DNA from: Paramecium tetraurelia
Lineage: Eukaryota
Reading direction: 5' to 3'
DNA length: 64,000 nt
Assembly: GCA_000165425.1 (NCBI GenBank)
Contig: CT868585.1
Span: forward strand, 124,001 to 188,000
In this document: piece by piece, positions 14,086 through 29,343 of the stretch
Position numbering within the stretch: position 1 is the stretch's first letter
How the letters are laid out: every line of letters begins with the position of its first letter
Program-made: the position numbers and the translations under genes
The notes under the pieces: model-generated
What the model was told of the DNA's origin: nothing
Seen by the model: only the letters and a program-made list of their open reading frames with translations
Database searches by the model: none

Positions 14086-16031
14086 TCATAAATTATGACT
14101 AATTTCAATTGAATAAGCTTCAACATCTTCTACTACAAATTCCTTATTGCCTGTCAAAGAGGTTTAACCGTAACAAGTGTTAGAATCACAACCATTGCAA
14201 ATAGTGAGTTGGCCTGGGATCTCTATGATGTTGTCTTCAAATAGGAAAATGCTATCCAATTCCTATATTTGGCGATTCGATATATTTAGCAAATACTTTT
14301 CATTTCCAAATACGAGAACTCCAATGATTTTATTATAATCAAAAACCCTAACCAAAATAAGTAAATTTTCGACTCCAGAGCAATTGTTTTTAAAAGAATC
14401 AACATCATACCCACTAAGAGATCCTAATTGAAGTCTTCTTAGGTAGATTTGAGAGAAAATTGTGATTTTTAGGTGATCAAAGATATAATTAAGTTGATTA
14501 ATTTTGTCTAAAGTGACTGGTTCGGCATCATATTGAAACCTTTCAGTTTATTGGACAGTTAATTATATTTGGCTTTATGCAACAGTTTGGGGTTTTAGAA
14601 ATTAGTACTCCGACTTAGCCAATTCTTGTTGTTGAAGAAATTGACTAGTAGTGAATTGATTCATGGACTCTAAGGTCTGATCATTAAAGTCCGGTTCACT
14701 ATATTACAATTCAGAAACTGTTTAGCCTCTTTGAATTAGTTAGCTTTTTAGGGTTTCAATTTAGGATCTCAGAGTAATGATTTCTCTGTCATTTATATCT
14801 TTTATGCTGTCTTCTAATTCTATGATAGTTCTATCCTTTTGGTTGATCTAACTTTTCAGAGTTAAAAGTTCTTATCTGAGATTTTCTATTTCTTTATCCT
14901 TTTCAATTAATTTGTTGTCTAATTTTTGAGTGATAGTTTCTAATAATGTATCTTTAAAATTATTAGTATTTTTCATGCTTGTTTCTAGAGCTATGGATAA
15001 CTTTTGTGTCTCCTATTCTAATGCTTTGTTTTAGTCTTCTAATTCAGACATACGCTTTTTGTAAAAGTAGTTTTCACTTTTATTCACATCGAAATAATCA
15101 AAATAATTCTTTTCTGGTTATGGTTGCAATCTATTAAATATATATTAACTTACTGATAATCTTTTACAGATTGATGACATGGTTGAATATGAGGTTCATC
15201 TAAAATTGTGTGGGATTGTCTACAAGCTAATTGATGGTAAATTTTATAGTATTCTTCACTTGTGAGGGAATTCCTGTCAATCAATTTCACAATTAATTCT
15301 TTTAGATCCTCCTCATTTGAGTTGTATAATTCCAGGATTTGGAATATCTCATAATTTGTTAGATATTGTCTTTATTCCGATTTAGTCTTTTTATAAGTGT
15401 TATGGGCCTAGATTAGATGAATGAAGCAAGCTTTATTTAATCCTAGGACATCTGAAGGGGTCGTTTTCTTATGATTCTTCTTCAATTTCAACATCCCAAG
15501 ATCAAATAGTTGTAGGAATGCGTCGGGGTTGCTATCCAAGAATTCATAACAAGATACTCTTAGATCCTCGAGTCCATAGAGTTCACTTAATTAGAGGGCA
15601 AAGGTAAATGATTTTTTATTGATTTGAAATGAACCTTCAATTTATTTGCACAAACCATCACATTTTATGAAACTACATATTTGATAAGCAAGATAGAGTT
15701 CTTGATATGTGTATATGATATATTATCCTCCATAAAAGCATTTGAGAATTCCCTCAAAAATATCTGGATCATATTCTTGAATTGAGATGACTTATTTATC
15801 GCAATCAAAGAATGGACTTTCAATTCTTAGATGAGCCTTTTATAATTCAAACCTTTTGTTTTTCACTTGGATTACCACATCAGCATGAGCATCTTTAGGG
15901 AATTGTTCTAATAATTTTCTATTGGTTGATAATTGTAGACTTGTCAGCATATTAAGAGTTTTGGCAGGCGATTCTATTGGATTAGAAGAGAGACTGGGCT
16001 GATGAGCAGTTTGTGGTCGTTGTTGTTACAT
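14086..16031 (-). CDS. BTB/POZ plus coiled-coil protein with degenerate TLDc-like C-terminus
   Basis: ADVVIQVKNKRFELQKAHLRIESPFF...YDPDIFEGILKCFYGG (BTB); ends EDVEAYSIEISHNL-TGA; start codon approximate. Confidence 0.7.
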
Positions 16032-16105
16032 TTCAGAGGGACTGTGTTCCTAGTAAAAAATATAAAGATTTTAATTTTTGTTAATGTATTGCAATATATT
16101 AAGGC

Positions 16106-16825
16106 TCATCTACCCAAAATGTTCTTGGTACCTCTTGCAGCCTTGAAGTCATCACAAGGATGTCTGTAGAAGGAGATGATCTTTTTGCCCCATTAGAATT
16201 ATGAGACCATGTAACCCTTCAAATTGATATCATCCTTTGATCCTGGAATCCAATTGTGAGTCTCTGTCAATTCCTCTAAGTCTGCTTCTAATCCTGGATA
16301 GAAATCGTAATCCTCATGAACTAATCATTCAAATTAATTATTGTACTGACATAGCTATTTCTGTCTCCATATTATTCTAAATCTAATAAAGCCAAGTGTT
16401 GATCCAAATAGTAGTTACTCCAGACTGCACTATGGAATGTGAGTTCATTCTCTAAGTCTTCTAATTCTTTGCTTTGACTAGACACAACTTGATGACAGAT
16501 GCGTTCAACATCAAATTCCCTTTGTAGTAGGGTATCATGTCCCTTTTAAACTTTATCAACCAATCCTTCAGTGGTGATCTACTCTTTCCAATAATTCCAA
16601 TCAATTTCCTATTCATCGAAACACAAGCAATACTTGAGCAGCACCTGTTGAAGGTTTTGAATAGAAATTAAACAAAGAACTCAATTAAGATGCATAAAAT
16701 CTGCTTTCTAATGTGTTAGCTTTAGCACTCAAAGTTTACAACCATTTATTGATACGATCAAGATTTGCTGATGGACGAGCAGCAACTGTCTTGCTTCTTG
16801 TTTAATTAACAATTAATCTTCTCAT
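16106..16825 (-). CDS. ATP7: mitochondrial ATP synthase subunit d (ciliate type)
   Basis: EIDWNYWKEQITTEGLVDKV and C-terminal HNWIPGSKDDINLKGYMVSQFQWGKKIISFYRHPCDDFKAARGTKNILGR resemble the Tetrahymena subunit d as recalled; introns of 25 and 26 nt restore the frame. Confidence 0.85.
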
Positions 16826-17243
16826 ATCCAAAATTAAATATTTATGTTAAAATATTCATTATTCACTCACTTCCTCAATAGCAATTTCATCATATTTAGA
16901 CTAGAACATAGAATAAAGATCACTATTGGCAATAAATAATTATAAACAAGTTTAATGAAATTAGTAGAACATATTAAATTTAATAACATACTGCTACTCC
17001 AAACATTTGATTTCTCTATCCACAATTTTAAAATTCTCAAGATCAATGAATAATATGTTGTGATACAGCAAAAAATGACCTGTTGACTTTCAAATAGGTA
17101 TTTCAGAATATATGTTCTAAAATGTCAAATATTTTCCATTTTATTTTTAATGAATAGTTCATAATTACTTATTTGAGTCATCTAGTAAAACTCCTAACGT
17201 GATGTCTTTCGGATTTCCACGGCTAATAAATTAATTAATAAAC

Positions 17244-18299
17244 ATGAAATAAATGAGAGAGAATTTCCATATTAAAATAAGAGCTGAGTAAAGGCAGAAA
17301 GAATTTGCAAAAAGAAGAATTGTCAAATTATAAGCCACTCCATAATACTTCAGATAAGCAGTTCTTGAAAATCCGATTAGCGAATTGCTAAAAGAAATTG
17401 ATTAACCAGATTATTTGTAGTTCATCTCTTTTTTAAGTTCAGTTGAAGATTATTAATGCAATAAGTATATGGTAGATTAAGGGGTTCTGACAGTGGCATT
17501 GGAAAAAACAATTCAGCTTATGAATAATTACACATAGACTTCAACTTAGGAAGTAAGCTTAAATTATGTAATTTAAATTTGAGTGAAAATTTAGTTACTT
17601 TCCATAATTGGAAATTTAATTGATTTCATTAATTTCCCTGATGATAAACTTAGATTTATAATATAAAGAGCCATTGAAATTAGCAATTATTCAATGTCAG
17701 AATTCAAAATTACGATTGTTTGGTTAATTGATGAATTCCTTAAGAAAGAACATCTTTAAGAAGACTTTTTAAATTCCGTAACAAACTTTTTGTTCAATAA
17801 CATGGGTCGAAAAGATATTACCTCCGCTATCTTTGATACTATCTTAAATTTACAATCTAGCTAACCTGTTCATTTATCAAAAGATCATTTAGACGAATTA
17901 TATAAACATTTTAGAGACAATGATAATCAAATAGTTCAAAAAAGTCTATTCATTTTAGTCAATTATTTGGAGATTATGCATAAAATAGATTTAGATGAGG
18001 AAATCATAGTTTAATTAAATGAGATATTTAGATATAAGGACTATTTAGCATTATTGAAGCTTAGTAATATATTGTATCCTAGAATCTAACTTGAGCCTAA
18101 GTTAATCCTTCAACGTATGGAAGTATGTGCCTTCGGACTTAAATTACAAGAGTATTTCAGCTTGATTAATAAGTTGATCAAAGATGAAATATTATCTTCA
18201 GAAGAATACTTGAAATCTTTATAAAATATAGAAATGGAGAATTAGTGTGAAAATAATAAATCTATGATTTTATAATAAATAACTTAATATCAAGATTGA
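17244..18299 (+). CDS. divergent importin-alpha-like / ARM-repeat protein
   Basis: IBB-like N-terminus MRENFHIKIRAEQRQKEFAKRR; helical repeats such as LLSIIGNL; a 27-nt intron carries an in-frame TGA. Confidence 0.55.
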
Positions 18300-18787
18300 T
18301 CTATATTTTAATATTGATTAACTCTCTATAATTATTCTAATGTAAAATAAGGTTTCTTTAAAGAAGATAAATTTTAATTATTTTTTCAGTTCAATTAATG
18401 TATTTAAGAACTTTACTAAATGTAATGCGCCGATTATTAATAATTATTTTTATATAAGATGTATTTGCAACTATTTTTGCTCTCATTGATTTTAAATTAA
18501 AATATAATTATAACATATAATATTATTTAGCCTATTTTCATCTGAAATATCACTGTTCTCTTTGAATCTGAATCATATATTTAAACATATTGTAAATTTA
18601 ATTTATCATAACATAGTTTACCGTAAAAAAAATCAAATAAATTATGCCATATTGAATTGAAACGAAAACAATACACACTTAATTTTGGATAAGATAACTG
18701 AATCTTATGGTTAATTAATTCTGACTATAGGAATTTTTCATTTAACTTTTTATATATGTAATATTTATTTTAATATTATAAAACGGA

Positions 18788-20400
18788 ATGCTTTATATAT
18801 TAGCCTTAATGTAGTTGTTTTCCTTAGCAATTACTTAGGATCCTGTTGATAAATTATTTGAGTTTCAGTAACTCATGAAACAAAAAACTAAAGTTCCAAG
18901 TAAACGTTTTTGACTATTGCTTAGAATAAAATATCGTTGAATATGATAGTTCAGACATATTTAGTGAAGGCTACATCACAGTAAGTGAGTAATCAGAAGA
19001 TGACGAATTTTAACAATATGATGAGATTTCGCAATACGATGAGGTGGATGAATCTGATGATCCATCAGATGACGATGAGGAGATGATTATTCAATAATAA
19101 TAATAGAAGGAATAATAAAGGATAGAATAACAGAAAATAGAGTAACAAAGAGCCGAATAATAAAGGTTGGAATAATTGAAATTGGAATAGTAAAGATAAG
19201 AATAGTTGAGATTAGAATAATAATTGATGGAGCAACAGAAATTAGAAAAGTTGAAGCTTGAATAACAATAATAGATGTTAGAAAATGAGAAGAAAAAAAA
19301 GAAAATAATTGAAATCCCAGATGATTGGAGTGATGCTGATGATTAGATGTAGGTCCCTAAATAATAAAAGAAGAAAAAACAAAAGAAATAAGATTTAGAA
19401 GATGAAGAACTATTAGAGGTTTTAAATTCTGCTAAAAAGACAAAGGTTTAATCTCTTGGAGATTTGGAAGAGATGGAAAAGAAAATAATAAAAAAGAAAA
19501 AAAAGAGAGAGCCAGTTCAAGATGAGGAATTTGTTTAGAAGGTACCAGCTTAGAACTAAACTTTTATTCATTTTAATAATAAAAATAATTATCTAGAATT
19601 AGCACCTTGTAGCAATAACCCTATTTAACAAAGAGCTTGTAGTTTGTGTAAAAGTGAGGTTGGATATCAATTAGATGATGATAATTGGTATATGATTGGT
19701 TTATAACATGGTTACAAGAAGGAATTTCTTTTATTGATAGAAATCACTAAACAGTCCTTTGGAGATAGTCAGTTGTATTTGAGTTTCTCATCCAATGGAT
19801 CTGCATGTATGACAAGTGATACTCTCAAATAAGATATTGACGTTGAAAATGTTTTATAAAGGTTTTCAGGTAGATCGTGGAGACACTTTATTAAAAATGA
19901 ATTGTTTGCTCTTCCATAAAAGTTGGAGGGCAGAAGCTTTCAATTCAAAGCAATATATTAAAACAAACAATTTACATTTTCAGATTTTGAAATCAAATTT
20001 GCATCCAATCTAATTCAAGAATTAAAGTCTTTGTCTGAATAAGAGGTTTCTATTAGAACCAATACAGTTGAATTCATTGGAGAATCAGTAAACAATATTA
20101 TTAATTGAATAGTTGTAATGCACATTAACAGGATTGATGAAATAACAAAATGATGAGTTGCCATTCTCTTTGAAATTTAAAAATGGCGAGAGTACATCTG
20201 AACTTCTAATCCCAAATTGCTAGATTCCCTTACACAATGAAATTCTGTATGGAGTTTCAGATTTGTATTTCGGAGAGTACTTTAAGGAGACTTTACAATA
20301 GAAATTGAAGGGAAACTTTAGGGGAGATTTTAATGCCACGACTTCATTTGAGAATGGAAAATTGAAAGTGAGATTGGCAATGAAGAAATTTAATAAATGA
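18788..20400 (+). CDS. hypothetical secreted protein with acidic and Q/E-rich coiled-coil region
   Basis: Signal-like MLYILALMQLFSLAITQ, D/E tract, EQQ/K repeats, globular C-terminus. Confidence 0.65.
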
Positions 20401-20416
20401 TTAATGCATCTATATA

Positions 20417-21004
20417 TCACTCATGTTTTTATTTTGGTTTTTCCAGAAAACCCAATTAATTGAGTTATAACACTAGTTTGTCAAATATTATTATTGCACC
20501 TAAATATATATACACGTAAATACCTCTGGTTTTAGGATAATACATCCAAATAAGAGTCATGTTTTTGATGGGGAAATACAATTACAATAGGTCATGGAAA
20601 GCGAACCACATCACTCTGTCCAACAGAAACATGAGTAAGTAAATCACCCAATAAGAAAGCCAAATTTTAGATTTTGCATCATCCTTTTATTTCACACATT
20701 AAACACTCATGTATGCAGGGTATAGAATACCAATCAATATTTTGACTAACAAATTTCCAGCTCCAAATATTGTGAGTGTGAAGGCAACAAAAATTATACC
20801 TAAGACTAATTAGCCAGGATTGACATTAAATTTTTGGGCAATTTGTTAAAGAGGAGCTACATCGCTGAAATCATCAGAAATTCTCTTAAATATCTCATCT
20901 AAATTGTCTAATTGAGGCTCTTTCTCTGGTCTTTTAGGTCCTGAAGGTGGTGCTGGTTTATTTTCAATGCTTGGATCTATTTATTGCACTTTTTCTTCAG
21001 ACAT
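20417..21004 (-). CDS. HVA22/TB2/DP1 (REEP/Yop1-like) ER-shaping protein
   Basis: IGILYPAYMS...WLSYWVIY...YFPIK...WMYYPKTRGA; 24-nt intron at 20500-20523. Confidence 0.9.
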
Positions 21005-21104
21005 AAATTTAGATATTTAATTTAACAATAATACACCAGATTATTTCATTCAAAACATAAAGTGGATTAGAATCTATTGTTTGAAATTATATATAAATTA
21101 AAAA

Positions 21105-22727
<1,623 letters not shown>

Positions 22728-22741
22728 TTTATTTATATTTA

Positions 22742-23824
22742 ATGTGCACTCATCTAAATTTTTCTCACAACAACAATGTAATGATGTATTTGAAATTACG
22801 AGAAGAGGGGTGTGAAAAGGATACTGCCAGGAAATTTTGTCGCAAATAGTTTTGCAAAGTAGGCTAAAATTATATTAGATCGATCAAACACAATAAAATA
22901 TTGGACCTCCGGGACATAAAATACTTAAAATACAACCAGATCGATTGCTTGGTCAAAAAGGATGGTAACCAGGTTTTCTGATGAAATTTGATTTGGGTGT
23001 TGGTTATAAAGAATCTGCTGGTAATATACATATTTGATACAGATCTCAATGAAAAATTTACTCCAGCTGAATTAGCCATACTAAAACAATACAAATAATA
23101 CGAAAAGAAAAAGAACGCTGCACTTCTACAAAAAATGCTTGCAGTTAAAAGTTATGCTGACTCACTCAGACCTCCAACATTAGATGTCTTTAGCAAAAGT
23201 TACTTACAAAGAGTTAAATAAATCTCTTAAGAGTTAAGAGAAGGCTAAGCAAAAGCAAAAAAATATTTTGAATTCGGAGATATGAAGTTTTATGCTCTTG
23301 TTGACTACATTAATAGATTTGGTTAGAATAAGGATTCAATAAATCTTAAATTCGATCCAATCTTAATGGAAGACATAAAGTTTTAAACTGAGAACACTTA
23401 AAAAGTAAATACTGCTAGGGTGTTCCGCAGAATGGGAACAATAAGTAACATAGAAAAAGAAGCCAATTTTATTATGGCTTTGTCATAATAAGCTCCTGTA
23501 GGAGACAATATAGAAAAAGCAAAATAAAAGCCTGAAGTAGTTTCACTTTTGAAACTTAATCATCAAAAAATCGATCTTGCAGAAGAATTCAATTCTACCT
23601 AGTATTTATTTACTCCAACCAACTCTTAAACTTTACAACCATCCCGTATAAATGATGATGCTATGAAATCATTTGTAAAACAGTTTTACTAAAAATAATT
23701 TGATGACAAATTGAATTCTTTAACCACTTATAATAGAAATATTAGAGTTAGAACTTAGGCTAATAGTGAATTTAAAAAGATATCAAGATAGCCATCTAAT
23801 AAAGTTAAGACTTCAAGTCTATGA
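22742..23824 (+). CDS. hypothetical protein
   Basis: MCTHLNFSHNNNVMMYLKLRE..., two short introns, ends KTSSL-TGA. Confidence 0.6.
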
Positions 23825-24249
23825 ATCAATAAAGTAAATATTTGAATTTTTGATAATAAATATTTATGATTTATGATAAGACAACATATTGAAATTAGTT
23901 GATCAACCTATTCCTCATAAATTATAATTTAGTTATTTTGATTATAATTTTATTTTTAATAATTTTATTATTCTTTTTCGCTTTGCATACTAAGAAAACC
24001 AAATTGACAGAAAAAGTATTTAATTTATCTCTCATTATAATTAATAATGCTTTGGAAATAATTCTAGAAGACCCTATAAAAAGAATAAACATCATAAAAT
24101 TGATATTTATAAAGAAAATCCCAAGATAAAATTATATTATATTCCTCTAAGGTGATTCATTAAATACATAATTCTGATGAAAATATAAGTTTACAAAGCT
24201 TGAGTATGTTGGGAATAATAAAGCCAAAAAATAGTGATAAATTTAATTA

Positions 24250-24625
24250 ATGTTAGTCTTTATATCAATCTATATTATCAATTGTATCATCAACTTATAT
24301 TGATCTCCAAACTAAATGCACCTGTAGAGAATAACTTACAGAAGGTGATTTTAAAGAAGAAAAAAATGGAAGGGGCTTTGCTATTGGGATGAAAATAAAT
24401 GCTTCGAAATGGATTTCTGTCAAATATAAAATTATGATGCCGATTATTGTGCAGGTGATAAAAGATGTGAATATCTTGAAGGAAAATGCACAAAATTCAC
24501 CAGTTGTGATCAAAATATCGGTGATAAGAGTGCACATGTGAAGCAATTTCTGGTTAATGTACATCATAAGATGGAAAATGTGCGAAAGCAAGGTACTCCA
24601 GGTTGTTCTAATTATAATGAAGAAA
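24250..24625 (+). pseudogene. frameshifted, truncated mini-antigen paralog of 9621-10439
   Basis: Segments SIVSSTYID..TKC, CYWDENKC, YLEGKCTKFTSCD..GDKS and GCSNYNEE match the intact gene but lie in different frames; the 3' half is missing. Confidence 0.8.
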
Positions 24626-25229
24626 TCATAATGATTTTTTCATTTTCATTATGATATAGTTATTGATAATATTAATAATAAGTATAAATTAATTGAGATC
24701 TAAATTGGAATTTAATCTATTTTGTCTTCTCTTTAAATTGTTTATAATTCTTACTTGTTACATCAATATGAAAAAATTTATTTCTAATAAAGAGTCCTTA
24801 TCTTATCAGAACCCTTTGTATTTTTCAAGGAGACTTAACTTTCCCTTTAAAATGGCCACAATGGTAGATTTATAAAGAAAAAGAACACATTTAGATCATT
24901 AAAAACAACTTAGTCGCTATATTTTAAAACATCTATTAAGAGCTGATTGAAATATTTGCTTAGACTTTAATGAGAATGTATATAGCAATTACCAATTAGT
25001 ATAAGGCAGCCATTGAAATAGGTGGGATACTTTTGGTAGATAAGTTGCAAATGGTCTTAGGGATTAGATAATGTATTAAAATAATTAAATATATTTGAAA
25101 TTGAATTATATACATACTATTATTTTAATAAGTGTTTGAGGATTTATTCTCAATTAAATAAAAATTTAAATTTCAATATAAATACACGCATAATGTATGA
25201 TGACTAATTTAATAAATAATATTATTAAA

Positions 25230-26140
25230 ATGCATATCTCAAATAAATAATCAGAAGATTTGTCCATTTATCATGGAAGTGAAATACAAAAACTGTAGGT
25301 CCCTTCAAAGATTGATTACAGACAAAGTGCTGTGCCTGATAACCCTTGCTATAACTTTCGATTTAGAATTTTCATTTTTTTCAGTTATATTGTGATCACT
25401 CAAATCGGTGAAATCCTGGGTACACCATAGGATGACATCAAAGGAATATTTGATGTTGGACACAATTGCACAGAAGGAATCAACAAATTATATCATTCTC
25501 ACACATGGTACTTATTCAATTTAAATTGCATTTAGGTTTGCTTCTCTGATGCAAGTAATCTCTGGCCTCATTTTAGACTTTGCCTTTTTCTACGTCAGTC
25601 TTTATTGGGTGTTATATGTCAGAAATTTCAGACTGTTTGCTGCTTTAATCATATTCTATGGAATCAGGGCAATTCATTTGAATATTTTTAAACTTCAGTT
25701 TGCTGATAATTACTATTGGTAGGATCCAGGAGTGCCAACCTTTGTTGTAAAATACGGGAATTATTCAGATTTCTTTTACTCTGTAAGAATTTATTCATAA
25801 AATAGGGTCATGTGGGATTTTTGGTGATTTGTGCATTGGAGATGAGAAAATTGGGCAAGAAATGGTTCGCCTTATTTTTTTTTATATCATCCTTCTTTTA
25901 AGCTTTTATAGTTATTTCTTTTAGAATTCATTACACAATTGATGTAAAAATTAATAAAAATTATTATAGGTGCCAGCTGGATATATTTTTGCACATTACT
26001 TTTATAACTAAGTTTGCTATTGGGAAGTGAAAATTGACCATGCATTATATTGGATATCCATTAAATGTTGTCCTGTTAAAACTCCTCAATCAGCTACACA
26101 ACCAACTAAAATTCCTGATTTAGATACAGAAAAACCATGA
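25230..26140 (+). CDS. sphingomyelin-synthase / PAP2-like membrane phosphotransferase
   Basis: DFFYSGH and RIHYTIDV catalytic motifs; multiple TM segments; 3 short introns. Confidence 0.85.
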
Positions 26141-26549
26141 ATTATAATCACTTATTTTTTTTATTTTTATAAATGTGTTCCAACAGAATGATTTTAGCTA
26201 GATAGATGAACATTCGAGAAATCTTCTTTATGTAATTAGTAAGTAATTTCTCTTAAAATTAAATTGACATTCTATCTTTTCATCATTTTCATTAATTCTA
26301 GCATAAAGGCAAGTCTTTATAAGGAGTATAAATAATTTGAGAATATTTAGGAGGAAGTTTCATAATAAAAATTTATGTAATTAAATAATTGAATATATTA
26401 AATTTGATTTGAAAAAAGTGTATTATGAGAAATTCAAATTATATTTTTGTTTAAATGGTAATTGTGTTATGTTGAACCTAACATATAAGAGATTATGTAC
26501 TGATGGATAATAAATAAGGTATATAAAAAATTATATTTTAAAATACTCT

Positions 26550-27260
26550 TCACTTTTTGGCATATTTTACTTTTAGTTGACACTCTGGAGTGATTTTAAA
26601 GTTGCTCAAACCCTTCAAAGCAACTGTCGCTTGATCATCATTCTAATATTCAACAAATGCCAAGCCTCTAGCAGGTATCAACTTAATGAGTGAATAACCA
26701 GGGTATTACCTAAATAGCTCTGATAACATGATTTCAGTGACAAAGGGAGGCAACGATTCTATCAACAAGACATTATTGATTTCTCCCTAATTAAAATTGC
26801 TACTGTTTTGTATTTTCTCATCAAACTTTTTCTATTTCTTTTCTTTCATCAATTCATTTGGCAAAGTGGGTTGCAATTCCTTGTGTTGCTTTTGTTTATA
26901 ATAAAATTTGCCTTCAATCCTATCAAATATAACACTCTTCTTGTATGCAAATTCAATAATCTAAAATAGCAGGAATAGATATACTAATGGTTTGTCATAA
27001 ACAATCATGCCTGACAACGCTGCTTTGGCATTCGTAGCATATGTGATGTTTTAAAATACTATAAATGCTTATCCTCTTAATTTTTGTGTTTTCTTCATTA
27101 CCATTTAAAGGACTTCTCCGAATTATGAAAAGAGTATGTACAATATAAATTTCAAGTCTTCTAGTTTAATTTTATCATTCAATCCAGTTACATAAAGAGT
27201 TTCTTTGGGGGCTGAGTCCTGAATAATTTGATTGGCTGGATGAAGATAAGGCTAATTCAT
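26550..27260 (-). CDS. U1A/U2B''-family snRNP protein (two RRMs)
   Basis: TLYVTGLNDKIKLEDLK...FSQFG...RGQAFIVF and C-terminal LAFVEY...FKITPECQLKVKYAKK. Confidence 0.92.
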
Positions 27261-27304
27261 AAATTAAATTATATTATATATATATAATTATTTATTCAAT
27301 TCGA

Positions 27305-28083
27305 TCAAGAAGAAACTTATTCTTCACCAGCATCCTTTGCAAATTCTAGCTTAAGATCATTGTAAAATTTAGTTAGATGCACTTGTGCAATGGCTGTGCT
27401 ATTCACAACAGATTAATTCTACTGATAAGGTCTTTATTATTATTGATTTATGGGCATAGATTATGTAACTTTATTTTTTAATGCTTATAAATATTGAACA
27501 ATAGGTTAAACAATTTGGTCATTTTAAATTTTCTCCTCCCCATTAGCTCCCAGACTTTGTATCCTGTCTTTAAAATAATCATTTCCCCACCATAATTCCT
27601 ATTCAACATCAAAATTTTTATCCATTAAGCAATTTAGGATAATGTTCGTCTCAATGAGTATCTGATCATACATATCAGATATCATACTTGCATAGTTTCA
27701 TTCGCTATCCAATCCTTTTTTTCAATACATTCGGGTACTTATTCCTGATAAGCCAAAAAATTCTCCTTATAGTACTTTAAGACCATGAGTTTAATTTTTA
27801 AGGCTTTTTCAGTAAAGTCATTATAACTCCTCAAGAGAATCTCAGATTTCCCTTCTATTATTCGAGTCAATTGTTCACATGAGTCAAAATAAATTTATTA
27901 CTTCCAAATAACTTCCTATATATATGACTTGACTGGTTTAGTTCGCATAAAATTCGCTAAATCTTGGGAATCACAAAAAGCTAAAGCCTCCTTCGAAGTA
28001 GTTAAACTCATTTGAATAGGTTGGGCCTAAATAATTTCATTTCGAAAAGACTTGTTTTTACGTTTGGAACATTTAATCCCCAT
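27305..28083 (-). CDS. hypothetical protein, possible N-myristoylation (MGIKCS)
   Basis: Open code-6 frame with one short intron. Confidence 0.6.
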
Positions 28084-29343
28084 AATTTTTTATAATATTG
28101 TACTTTAGAATTAAATATTAATGATGACAATAGTGTTTATTCAACCTAGGATCTGTTCTTTTTGAAAGGAATTCAACTTATTTAATATCTTTAATTCCAA
28201 GATGTGAGACTGCTTCACATTTCATTATTTTAAACCATTCTAGCTCTTTTTTGGAGATATATTGTTTTTCAAATTAGTATTCAATCAGTAGATTTCTAGA
28301 AGAATAATTATCTAAACTGAACCAAATTGATTTTTTAAATCAAATTAGTATTATAAACAGTATTGATTTCCTCTTTTAGTTAATAGTTAGGATTTCAAAT
28401 CAATAATAAATCGTCATGTATCCCATTTAAAATCACAAAAATGAGATAATAAGGCTCTATGCAATTTAAAAAATGAAATAATCAATTTTTTGAAATAAGG
28501 ATTTTTCACTTTATTTAGATATATCAAAATAAGAATCGATTAAAAGTTTGTAGTAAATACATATCTCTATATAATCTTTGAATTTTTAATAATAGTTCTT
28601 ATTTATAACAAGAAAAAACAAAAAAAATGCATTCTATAGATTTTATCATAATCCTTCATCCTATTACTCGACAACTTTTCTGATTTTTATTTAACTATTA
28701 TTAACCTTGAAAAATAAATTGCAAATATAATTATTTGCTAAAAGTTGGTCTTTTAGAAGTATAAGATGTTTAATGTTGTTAAATACTCAGCGAATTTTTA
28801 TTAATTATTTATGGTTTGCAATTTCTGTATTTCCTCGCATCCTACTGCTCTGCATTTTCTGAAATAACGCGAAATTCTAATTTATGAGGTATAAATAACT
28901 AAATACTTTTCAAATATTTAATAGTACTTAATTAATATTTAAAAATAATTATTATTATTAAATAATAACTGCTATTAATAATATTGCTTCTTGATTCTTG
29001 TTTTCATTTATATAGGATGTAAAAATTAAAATCTGAATTAGTAATTATTATTTGCAAAAATATTGAAAAGTCTAATTGAGTAATTTTCAATAAATAGTTG
29101 CAATTCTTAAAAATTAAGAGGGAAATAAAAAGAACAGTTAAAATTAATTTGAATCTGACAATATTAAGAACAGTCAAGGGGTAAACGTGTATAATAAGAA
29201 AATTAAACAAGTATAAATTAAGTAAGATTGTCTCTTATCAAGATAGTTCTATTTTTATATAATTAACAAAAACATATTATTAAATACTGAATAAAATGGA
29301 ATTCTTTAAAAAATTATCTAAATCAAAATGATAATGTCTCTAG

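Noticed and set aside
16106..16109. ATGA overlap: the subunit-d stop overlaps an ATG that is in frame with the downstream BTB gene, resembling translational coupling
   Set aside because: With TGA as the only stop, open upstream frames are common. The intervening stretch looks like AT-rich UTR, and ATG 16031 is the more plausible start.
19090..19290. Dense TAA/TAG triplet repeats
   Set aside because: These are Gln codons within a Q/E-rich coiled coil, not a repeat element.
24290..24591. Minus-strand ORFs of 67 and 98 aa
   Set aside because: They are antisense to the mini-antigen pseudogene and have no independent support.
28866..28875. CGCGAAA, an E2F/SCB-like site
   Set aside because: A single short match, not close to any start codon.
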